64,000 bases of DNA, taken from NCBI GenBank assembly GCA_045613505.1, contig JAZLBC010000031.1, positions 36,038 through 100,037 of the forward strand, in the 5' to 3' direction. Positions 56,587-64,000 of this stretch are shown here, in pieces (within the stretch, counting starts at the first letter, position 1; every line of letters begins with the position of its first letter). This DNA comes from Christensenellaceae bacterium. Its GTDB lineage: Bacteria; Bacillota; Clostridia; Christensenellales; Borkfalkiaceae. The translations under genes were made by a program, and so were the position numbers. Below the pieces are notes generated by a model. The model had not been told where the DNA came from. It made no database searches and was given only the letters and a program-made list of their open reading frames with translations.

Positions 56587-58525
56587 TTTTATTTCTCCTT
56601 AACAAAAATTTTGTTACGTATACTATTAGCACGACTATAAATATCACTGCAAAAATTAATTCTATAACAACTATGCTCACCTTTAATTTAAGCACGTTAA
56701 GAATTGATGTCGGCGTTTTTACCCAGGTCGCTTGCAGTGTGACATCTGACTCTATGGGCTTGCTAAAATCAAATGGAAGCCCACTTGCTTTATCTTTCCA
56801 CCCATTAAAAACGTAGCCATCTCGAACGTATTGTGGCATCTGGCTTTCTAACATTGTTTCGCCAGGTTTTAGATAAAAATACACCTTATTCTGCCACTCA
56901 CTCTCTATAGTAACGTTAAAATACTTGTTTCCTGAAAGCCACTGTTCGCTTAAAAAAGAAACTCTTTCTCGCATCCAGATTTTAATGTCTTCGCAACTTT
57001 TATAAAAGTCTTCTCTATCCCACCTGACTTCGTCTATAACGCTAGAAGCCAAATTAGTATTGTATAAAGCATCGAACTTTGTATTTAAAAGTTCATTAAT
57101 AAGTGGCAAAAGCAAGTTTTTATACGCAATTTTTACACCTTCGTTAAATTCGGTATGGGTTAAAAGTCTTTCATACCAATCAGTACTATAATCATTAGCA
57201 TTCAACTTAGTTATATATTTAGAATTTCCCTTAAAAGCACCCTCGAAGTCCCAACCCGGTCCAGCCGTTAATTTATCGTTAACGTCTTTATAATAATACG
57301 CGCTAGAACGCCCTGCATCATTAAAATTTAAGAACTCTTCTATTACATATTTTATAATAAAAGAATCTAAATCTAAATATTCGGTATAATGTTTTCCCGT
57401 CTTAGTATTATAGCCACTTTTATTAGAAATAGCGTCATAAGTTTCTTGCATATAACTGTGGATATAATCGACTTCGCGTTTTCCGGCATGTTTTGGGCCT
57501 TTAATAACGAAATGGTCCCCTGAATTAAGAATAAAACCTGAAACTTCGTCTTTATAATATTCAGGAACGTCGCGTTCTAAAAAGAATCCACCAGTAACGT
57601 TTTCAGGCTCGTTTATCCAAAGAACGCCCTTAGACATGCCGTCTTCTGCTTGATATTTCTTTACTTCGTTTATTTTTTGATTAGGGTTTAATTGTGCATT
57701 TATATCTTGTAGGTTAGTTATATTTATACTATTTTTACTAACCGTTATTTGCTCGCACAATATATAGTTACCCACACAATCACCATTTAGGTATAAATCA
57801 ACGTGCCTGCAATTAGGAACATATTTTACGCCCATATTTTGAGACAACCAAAATGCGATCGTGTTTGATAAATAGTTACTTCTTGCATTTGCTATCAAAA
57901 GATAAGTGTTAGAAGGTTTTAAATCTAGCATCGTTATTTCTTGGTCGAATTCTAATTTATAACCTTTTTTCTCACAACCCGTCCAAGAAGTGTTGCCTCT
58001 TCCTTGCATACGAAGATCACCCTTGATTGATTGCCCATTCCCTTCTAAAAGAGAAAAAACTCCCTTTTCAGAATTACCCTTTACGGCATGCACATATTCC
58101 ATAGAGCCACTTTTTGTGTTTATAAAGAGCGAAGGTATTTCTTTTGATTGCATAAATATAAATTTACTTTCTATAAGTTTATTTTTATATTTAACTCTAA
58201 AATCATATTCTTGTTCCAACGATATATCGCTAATCTGATAACGCACGCCGACCTGTAAATCATTTATTTCCGCTTCTACGTTTTGATTGCTAGTTAACGT
58301 TAAACTTTTAATATTCGATGGTAAAAACACGTAAACAGCATTTTCTTTTTCATAACACTTAATGTTTTCTGTAAAACCATCTGTTTCAATTTCAACACCA
58401 ACCAAATCACTAATCTTCGCTTCTTGCTTCTGAAAAAGCAAAACCGCAACGAATAAAAGTATCGAAAATATTACGATACCTAGCGTTGCCAATATTAACG
58501 ATTTGTTGATTTTACTATTTTTCAT
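56576..58525 (-). CDS. CotH-family atypical kinase-like protein with N- and C-terminal TM helices and a Listeria-Bacteroides (Flg_new) repeat
   Basis: CotH-like block YLLIANARSNYLSNTIAFWLSQNMGVKYVPNCRHVDLYLNGDCVGNYILCEQI. YVFNGWKDKASGLPFDFSKPIESDVTLQATW looks like a Flg_new repeat. The ATG at 58525 overlaps the VTC TGA (ATGA). The track start at 58531 is a TTG. Confidence 0.8.
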   Translation of the reverse strand: MKNSKINKSLILATLGIVIFSILLFVAVLLFQKQEAKISDLVGVEIETDGFTENIKCYEKENAVYVFLPSNIKSLTLTSNQNVEAEINDLQVGVRYQISDISLEQEYDFRVKYKNKLIESKFIFMQSKEIPSLFINTKSGSMEYVHAVKGNSEKGVFSLLEGNGQSIKGDLRMQGRGNTSWTGCEKKGYKLEFDQEITMLDLKPSNTYLLIANARSNYLSNTIAFWLSQNMGVKYVPNCRHVDLYLNGDCVGNYILCEQITVSKNSINITNLQDINAQLNPNQKINEVKKYQAEDGMSKGVLWINEPENVTGGFFLERDVPEYYKDEVSGFILNSGDHFVIKGPKHAGKREVDYIHSYMQETYDAISNKSGYNTKTGKHYTEYLDLDSFIIKYVIEEFLNFNDAGRSSAYYYKDVNDKLTAGPGWDFEGAFKGNSKYITKLNANDYSTDWYERLLTHTEFNEGVKIAYKNLLLPLINELLNTKFDALYNTNLASSVIDEVRWDREDFYKSCEDIKIWMRERVSFLSEQWLSGNKYFNVTIESEWQNKVYFYLKPGETMLESQMPQYVRDGYVFNGWKDKASGLPFDFSKPIESDVTLQATWVKTPTSILNVLKLKVSIVVIELIFAVIFIVVLIVYVTKFLLRRNKNDV

Positions 58526-59232
58526 AAACAAAAAGTGTCTCCAAGGGTTGAAAACTTTTTACACAAATAAAATTTAGAAAAGCTCGTTCGGTTGCCCGTA
58601 ACAGATTTAATTACGTTTTCTATATGTTTTGGCAAAAACTCGTCGTATTTAACCTCTAAAACAAGCATGTCTTGTTGCAAGATTGGCTTTTTAGCATATA
58701 TTTTATCAAAAAAACCACCAAAATCCCGCGAAGAAGAAACGTTAACGTCAAAAGTAATGCGCACATTACCTAAAGCAAACGTATACGGCACACGATCGTA
58801 ATCAACTATCACGTCTGGTTTCAATAATTTGGTTTGACGTACTATTTCAAATTTTTTTAAAAGAGGCGGAAGTTGATTAAAACAATCCAAAAGTTCTCCT
58901 GCCATTATTTTTTTGTATTGCCCTAAAGACAGCTCGCACTGAAACTTTTGCGTCATAGACTTTTCTTTGCGTTTTAATTCCAAGCGAATAAAATCACTAT
59001 TTCCATCGTAGATACGTATCCTGAATTTTTCTCTGGGGTCAACACCGTTCTCATTCTCGTAATAGCAAGTATTATAATAATCGTCGAAATAAATACTTCT
59101 TATATTGTAACTATCGCCCCTTAGGTGCTTATCTTTTTGCATCAGCCCTAACAAAGAATTCTCTATTGTTATCCTTTGCTGATTGCTTATAATAAATTTT
59201 AATTCATGGCGAAATTTCGATTGTTTCTCCAT
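58522..59232 (-). CDS. VTC-domain (polyphosphate polymerase tunnel-fold) protein
   Basis: FRHELKF, IRSIYFDD, REKFRIRIY, LELKRKEK, VRITFD, LEVKYDEFLP and SFSKFYLC follow the bacterial VTC-domain pattern. Confidence 0.78.
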   Translation of the reverse strand: MEKQSKFRHELKFIISNQQRITIENSLLGLMQKDKHLRGDSYNIRSIYFDDYYNTCYYENENGVDPREKFRIRIYDGNSDFIRLELKRKEKSMTQKFQCELSLGQYKKIMAGELLDCFNQLPPLLKKFEIVRQTKLLKPDVIVDYDRVPYTFALGNVRITFDVNVSSSRDFGGFFDKIYAKKPILQQDMLVLEVKYDEFLPKHIENVIKSVTGNRTSFSKFYLCKKFSTLGDTFCL

Positions 59233-59867
59233 TACTTTTCCCCTTGAGAATCTGCCAACTTGCGGATCAATTTTGCAGGATTACCCGCAATAACGCAATT
59301 GCCTTCTGGAAAAGATTTCGTTACTACCGAACCTGCCCCTACAACCGTATGATCGCCAAGTTCTACGCCAGGCAATATCACGCTGTTCATGCCTATCCAA
59401 CATTTTTTTCCTATTTTTACGTCTTTACCGGATGCCGGTTTGGTTAAATCATTAAAATCGTGATTAGCGGTAATTATACCAACGTTTACTGCTATAAAGG
59501 TTCCCTTCCCTATATAGATATGCGCATCTGAAGCAGCTTGAAAATATCCTGGCTTTGTAAAAAGTGAAATATCGTTTATATCAAAATGGATGTTTTCCCA
59601 ATTCAAAAGTTTCATTTGCGGGTCGCACGGGAAAGGCAGATGACGTTGATTACCTAAAACTTTTTGTCTAAAAAAAGTATGAACAACAAATCTCCAACCG
59701 GCACTATATTTGTATTTATGAAAATGAACGCCTTTTAGATATTTTCTTTTATAAAAAATGTGCCCGATAAGCCATGCTATTTGTCGTTTTAAAAAACTAA
59801 TACCCCCGCGAAATATTCTCTTTAATCTACGCTTTCTCTGTTTCCTCATCAACCGAATCCTCCACAC
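59232..59867 (-). CDS. Hexapeptide-repeat (LbH) sugar O-acetyltransferase
   Basis: [49 protein letters not shown]. The start is uncertain: as given the ORF overlaps the upstream flippase gene by 41 nt. Confidence 0.75.
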   Translation of the reverse strand: MWRIRLMRKQRKRRLKRIFRGGISFLKRQIAWLIGHIFYKRKYLKGVHFHKYKYSAGWRFVVHTFFRQKVLGNQRHLPFPCDPQMKLLNWENIHFDINDISLFTKPGYFQAASDAHIYIGKGTFIAVNVGIITANHDFNDLTKPASGKDVKIGKKCWIGMNSVILPGVELGDHTVVGAGSVVTKSFPEGNCVIAGNPAKLIRKLADSQGEK

Positions 59868-61353
59868 CTTCTTTAGTGCTTAAATGCTTCCACGAGCATT
59901 TTATTGTCTTTTTATTTACAAATAAATAAGCAAGCGCCCATACTATACCAAGTCCTATGGAAATCAAAATCGAAATTGTTCTGTCGTCCGTAGTAAAAAG
60001 ATACTTCTTTATCAAATAAAACGCACAACCAAATAAAAGCGTTTCTAAAATAAAAATACCCAAATTCTTCCAAGGAAAAATCTTTACAATAGAAATCTTT
60101 AGTAGACTACAAGTTACGAACAACTGCGCGAACGCCATAATGTTTATTACTGTTAAACTTGCCCATGCAGGCCCAGTAAAACCAAACAAGTAGTAGAACC
60201 CAATATTAAATATACAATTAAGCAAAAGCGTTAAAATCGAACTATAAAATATAAACCTCGTTTTACCTAGCGCGTTTAACACTATTCCCCAGTAAGTTGA
60301 TTTAAATAGTAAAATTAGAGTATATATTCTAAAAACGGCAACTCCATCTGAAGTAACATATTTTTCGGAGTAAAAAAGCGACATAACGTCCGGTGCAAAA
60401 ACTACAAATCCCCCGACGATTAAGCACATTACGCAAAACGAAATATTTATCGAACTATCCCATAAACTAACGGCTTGTTCATTATTACCACCCTTTAATA
60501 GTCTTACAAATTTTGGCAATAAAACGGTGGATAAAGATGTTGCTAAAACAGTAACTGGTAGAGTTTTAGCCGCATTTGCAAAAATAGCGTATTGTTCCGT
60601 AGTAAAAAACTTACCTATTATAAGCTTATCAAGCTCACCATTAAGCGTTCCAACCGATGATGCAAGCCCGATAGGGATAGCAAACGTGAATATGTTTTTT
60701 AATAATTTTCTATCTATAATTAGTTTTAGCCCGTGGGCAATTTTAACTATCCAACACACCGCAAAAATTGCAAAAATAAGCATAGAAGCCATATACATTG
60801 CGGTGTAAATTTTAAAATTACACGATAAAAACTGAGCAACTAAAAGAATTACTAGGTTTACAACTGCATGTACAACGTTAAATAAAAGTAGTTTACTAGA
60901 TTTACCATAAACGACACACACGTTAGATAAACTATTTATCATTATACTCGCCCAAGGATAAATTGCAAATATATAAGCAAACGTAGTGATATACGGGTTA
61001 TTAAAATAAGATTTTATAAGAGGCAAGCAAATAAATAATATTCCGCCGATTAGGGCCGTAAGTAGAGTGCTTAATACTAAATATAAAGTGATAAATTTTT
61101 GTTTTTCTTCTTCTGTATCGGCTTTTGCAACGAAATAATTAACGCTACTTGGAAGTCCTAAAAGCAAAATAGTAGAAACAAGGTCGGTAATCATTATTAT
61201 TTGCGAAAAAGTCCCGTACTCGTTAAGCGTTCTAAAGCGTGCTAAAAGCATAGACGTTATTACGCCTATTACTGAAACCATAAAATTTGAAATTGTAAGA
61301 GTAACAGCGTCTTTAGCAACTGAAGACGCGCTTTTCCTCATCTTTTTGATCAC
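59827..61353 (-). CDS. Wzx-like oligosaccharide flippase (MOP superfamily)
   Basis: 508 aa with about 14 TM segments. Typical polysaccharide-locus context. Confidence 0.7.
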   Translation of the reverse strand: MIKKMRKSASSVAKDAVTLTISNFMVSVIGVITSMLLARFRTLNEYGTFSQIIMITDLVSTILLLGLPSSVNYFVAKADTEEEKQKFITLYLVLSTLLTALIGGILFICLPLIKSYFNNPYITTFAYIFAIYPWASIMINSLSNVCVVYGKSSKLLLFNVVHAVVNLVILLVAQFLSCNFKIYTAMYMASMLIFAIFAVCWIVKIAHGLKLIIDRKLLKNIFTFAIPIGLASSVGTLNGELDKLIIGKFFTTEQYAIFANAAKTLPVTVLATSLSTVLLPKFVRLLKGGNNEQAVSLWDSSINISFCVMCLIVGGFVVFAPDVMSLFYSEKYVTSDGVAVFRIYTLILLFKSTYWGIVLNALGKTRFIFYSSILTLLLNCIFNIGFYYLFGFTGPAWASLTVINIMAFAQLFVTCSLLKISIVKIFPWKNLGIFILETLLFGCAFYLIKKYLFTTDDRTISILISIGLGIVWALAYLFVNKKTIKCSWKHLSTKEGVEDSVDEETEKA

Positions 61354-61378
61354 GCTTATTACCTAATTTGTTTTTATT

Positions 61379-62575
61379 TTATTTTTTAAAAGTCTTTAAA
61401 AATCTCTTTTTTATTTTTTTAGGACACAACTTTAATATTGCCCTAGCGATAACTTGTTTTTTGTTTATTTTCTTTACGACTGGCGAAGTTGTATATTTTA
61501 GTATTGTGTTCTCTCCACCTAAAGTTTTGTAATCGTTAAAAAACACTTCTCTATTACTAGCCTTACCAGTTTGCCTAAAAAATAGCGGATTGTATTTCTT
61601 TACGTGTTCTATGTCATATTCTTTTATAATTGCATATTTCTTCATGTTTTCTAACACTACTTCACCTTTTTTCGTGTTAGTAACAACGGTTGAATAATTG
61701 TAATTACTACCAATTAATTCTGGAAAAATTGATTGAACGTTTTTACAGTCTGCAATAGTTAAATCACCTTTTCTGTTGCTCGTTCTGTATATGCAATTTT
61801 GCGCACAGGATGGTCTTAAACAATCTTGATTTAAAAATAGTTGCATATATCTTTCGTCCACCACGTAAAGTTTTTTATTATTGCTAAAAGATAGTTTAAC
61901 AAGATACGGCGTCTCGTACATTATTCTCTTTGCTCTAAATTCGTATTCAACGACCTTTGCATTGAAATCTTTTTCAGCAATATCAATACAATCAGTAAAA
62001 ACTTTAGGACTACCCTCTCCGTGGCAGATTAAATCTATCAATAAAAGATTTTCATAATCTTTACCCAAGAAAGCCTTTAACCCTGCAACTTGACAAGGCG
62101 TGCCACAAAAAATGGCTTTTTTGCCATCTAAAAGCGCCTCCTTAATGATTTTATAGCAATCGTTTACGTTGCTTGCAACGTATTTAGACTTTCTTAGCGG
62201 TGCGATGTTTTCAACGCCTTTAACTACGACATGTTCTACGTTAAACCCATTAAAAACAGCGCCTGATATCATGGTGTTAGCATCGCCGTATGCGTTGCAA
62301 ATCTCTGAAAATGCGCCACCTGAAGCGCTTTTTTTCCAAACCCTTTTGCTCTTACTTAGAACACAATATGCTTTTTGTGTAACCGTTGGCACGCTAACAA
62401 CTTTATTTAAAGACGGACAAATCCTTTCGCATTTTCCGCATTTTCCACATGAGTCTAATACCCTAGGATACAAAAAGCCCTCTTCGTCTTTTTCCATAAC
62501 TATGCTATTAGTAGGACAAGCCGAATAACAGGCCGAACACCCAGTACATTTAGTTTTATCTAAATCTGTTAACAT
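61379..62575 (-). CDS. FrhB-like (coenzyme F420 hydrogenase/dehydrogenase beta-subunit family) protein with 2x[4Fe-4S] ferredoxin motifs
   Basis: CTGCSACYSACP and CGKCGKCERICP. Size and pairing with a pyruvyl transferase fit the family commonly seen in polysaccharide loci. Confidence 0.65.
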   Translation of the reverse strand: MLTDLDKTKCTGCSACYSACPTNSIVMEKDEEGFLYPRVLDSCGKCGKCERICPSLNKVVSVPTVTQKAYCVLSKSKRVWKKSASGGAFSEICNAYGDANTMISGAVFNGFNVEHVVVKGVENIAPLRKSKYVASNVNDCYKIIKEALLDGKKAIFCGTPCQVAGLKAFLGKDYENLLLIDLICHGEGSPKVFTDCIDIAEKDFNAKVVEYEFRAKRIMYETPYLVKLSFSNNKKLYVVDERYMQLFLNQDCLRPSCAQNCIYRTSNRKGDLTIADCKNVQSIFPELIGSNYNYSTVVTNTKKGEVVLENMKKYAIIKEYDIEHVKKYNPLFFRQTGKASNREVFFNDYKTLGGENTILKYTTSPVVKKINKKQVIARAILKLCPKKIKKRFLKTFKK

Positions 62576-63688
62576 CTATTCTCCCAACGCATCAAACAAA
62601 AACGATAGAGATTTCTCTCTTAATTCTTTTAGTTTGTCTTGTACTTTTTGATAATTAAGCGGTGGCACGTCGAAACTTTTCACGTCGCCACTTACAATTC
62701 TGTCGCCTATAGAAAAATAATCAACTAATTGATAAATCCTTGAATTTTGATTTACGGGGTCGTTTTCGCTAAATCTTTCATAAGTGATAAAGCGTTTTTC
62801 ATACAAAGTAGAAAAAATAGTTGCGTGGTAAGAATCTGTAACAACGGTATGCGCTTTACTTATTAACCATAAAAATTCTCTTGGTCCAATATATTTAGTC
62901 ACATCGTACATGTAAGTAGCGTCGTCTGTTTTAAGAGAGTACCCAATAATTTGTAAGCCATTTCTCTTTGCATAATCAATCACGCTTTTTTGGTAATTGT
63001 TTTGCGAGTTAAGAAAATAGCAGAAAATAAATGGTTTTTCAAAATCAAAATCTAAATCAGTAGGTTTTCTTTGAATTTTCTTCCAATCTAAAACGTCTAA
63101 CATTAAGGTTGGATCTGCAACCACGGTTGAAGATATCTTACATTCTTTATCTAAAAGTTCCCTTCCCTTTTCTTCTCTAACGGACACTGCACTAAAATCA
63201 CTTAAAAGGTCGTGATAAGACGTTTTTAGTTCTTCTTTAATATAGTTTAATCCTATGCTAGCCGCATACGAAATTTTTTTTACGTTTTTTGGTACAAAAT
63301 CTAAAAAGTAAACGGGGTCAAAAACACTTGGCGCCCAAATTTGATCACTTCCACATATTATTGCATCAAACTTCTTCGCAACTTTTTTTAGTTTTTCTTT
63401 CGAAGTAAAACTTTTACCTAGATTAAGATAGTCATTATGAAATCTTAAAAATGGATATGTAATTCTTCGACCTAAAAACTTACCTTTTTTTGAAAACAAG
63501 TAAGAAACCACTAATCTACAATTATTCCTAAATGCGTTAGGTTTTCCGTGCCTTGCGCTTCTATAATTTATAATGCGAACTTTTGCTTTTTTCCCTTTGC
63601 AATTCTTTATAGTTTGTCTTAAAGCATACGATTGTAACGCACTCCCAAAATTTAGATAGTAATGCCAAGTTAATATGCCTATCTTCAT
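62576..63688 (-). CDS. Polysaccharide pyruvyl transferase family protein
   Basis: MKIGILTWHYYLNFGSALQSYAL N-terminus and a C-terminal TDSYHATIF block. Zero-nt gap to the FrhB-like gene. Confidence 0.75.
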   Translation of the reverse strand: MKIGILTWHYYLNFGSALQSYALRQTIKNCKGKKAKVRIINYRSARHGKPNAFRNNCRLVVSYLFSKKGKFLGRRITYPFLRFHNDYLNLGKSFTSKEKLKKVAKKFDAIICGSDQIWAPSVFDPVYFLDFVPKNVKKISYAASIGLNYIKEELKTSYHDLLSDFSAVSVREEKGRELLDKECKISSTVVADPTLMLDVLDWKKIQRKPTDLDFDFEKPFIFCYFLNSQNNYQKSVIDYAKRNGLQIIGYSLKTDDATYMYDVTKYIGPREFLWLISKAHTVVTDSYHATIFSTLYEKRFITYERFSENDPVNQNSRIYQLVDYFSIGDRIVSGDVKSFDVPPLNYQKVQDKLKELREKSLSFLFDALGE

Positions 63689-64000
63689 TATTTTTTACCA
63701 TTAACCTTTTGAATTACTTTTTTCCACCTATTTTTCCACGATTCATAAGAAAATCCTTGCTTTACCGTTTCATAGGCGTTGTCTGCAATAGTTTTTCTAA
63801 CGTTTTCGTTTTCTATAAGGTAAGAAATTTTTTCTTCTAACTCTTCTGAATTTCTTTCGGTAAACAAGCCGTTAAAACCATCTAATACAATGTTCGATAG
63901 CCCTCCTGCGTCCGTGCAAATTACAGCGCACCTAGCAGACATTGCTTCTAATAAAGAAAGTGAAGTACCTTCAGAACCTATAGTTGGAACTAATGCTATA
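63688..64000 (-). CDS. Glycosyltransferase family 4 (GT-B), C-terminal part only; N-terminus beyond the right window edge (partial)
   Basis: The frame stays open to the window edge: ...IALVPTIGSEGTSLSLLEAMSARCAVICTDAGGLSNIV. This is the E(x7)E-type GT4 motif region. Confidence 0.8.
   Translation of the reverse strand, partial: IALVPTIGSEGTSLSLLEAMSARCAVICTDAGGLSNIVLDGFNGLFTERNSEELEEKISYLIENENVRKTIADNAYETVKQGFSYESWKNRWKKVIQKVNGKK

Overview
AT-rich bacterial chromosome segment with Bacillota/Clostridia-like gene order: prs-pth-mfd-foldase and ruvCAB-queA-tgt-yajC, plus SpoVB-like, CotH and YolD genes. All calls come from reading the sequence and recalling family motifs; no database search was run. 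I count 52 protein-coding genes, 45 of them on the minus strand, and found no rRNA, tRNA, CRISPR array, transposase, integrase or recognisable defence gene. From left to right: (i) 1-8817, a four-gene operon encoding only secreted proteins or lipoproteins: an unassigned 1115-aa secreted protein, a DUF4838-like lipoprotein, a large solute-binding lipoprotein and a Big_2 lipoprotein cut by the window edge and missing from the ORF track. It sits behind a 684-bp AT-rich intergenic region. (ii) 9.5-23.9 kb, housekeeping genes: PlsC-like acyltransferase, SGNH hydrolase, nitroreductase, rpsU (59 aa, missed by the track), NSS transporter, DEDDh exonuclease, PrsA-like foldase, mfd, pth, prs and glyQS. 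(iii) 23.9-26.9 kb, a 983-aa BspA-type leucine-rich-repeat lipoprotein with nested, near-identical DNA repeats. (iv) 27-35 kb: yajC, tgt, queA, ruvBAC, a LysM protein, a SpoVB-like flippase and rsmE. (v) 35-53 kb, mixed accessory and metabolic genes: wHTH-LicC plus an APC permease, an SrlD-like SDR plus a PHP phosphoesterase, an orphan ferritin-like di-iron protein, a YgjV-Maf fusion, a Y-family polymerase plus YolD, trmO, GS type III, a GMP synthase lacking its glutaminase domain, a serine hydrolase, eda, GH32 and a CDF transporter. (vi) 53.6-64 kb, a tightly packed surface-polysaccharide locus. My best candidate for an undescribed system lies inside it: a translationally coupled VTC (polyphosphate-polymerase tunnel domain) - CotH (atypical kinase, predicted to face outward) - DUF4956 (membrane protein) module. 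Several sigma-A-type promoters and rho-independent terminators can be read directly. Three genes (ruvC, the LysM gene, trmO) have a TATAAT box 6-8 nt upstream of the ATG and no Shine-Dalgarno, which suggests leaderless mRNAs.
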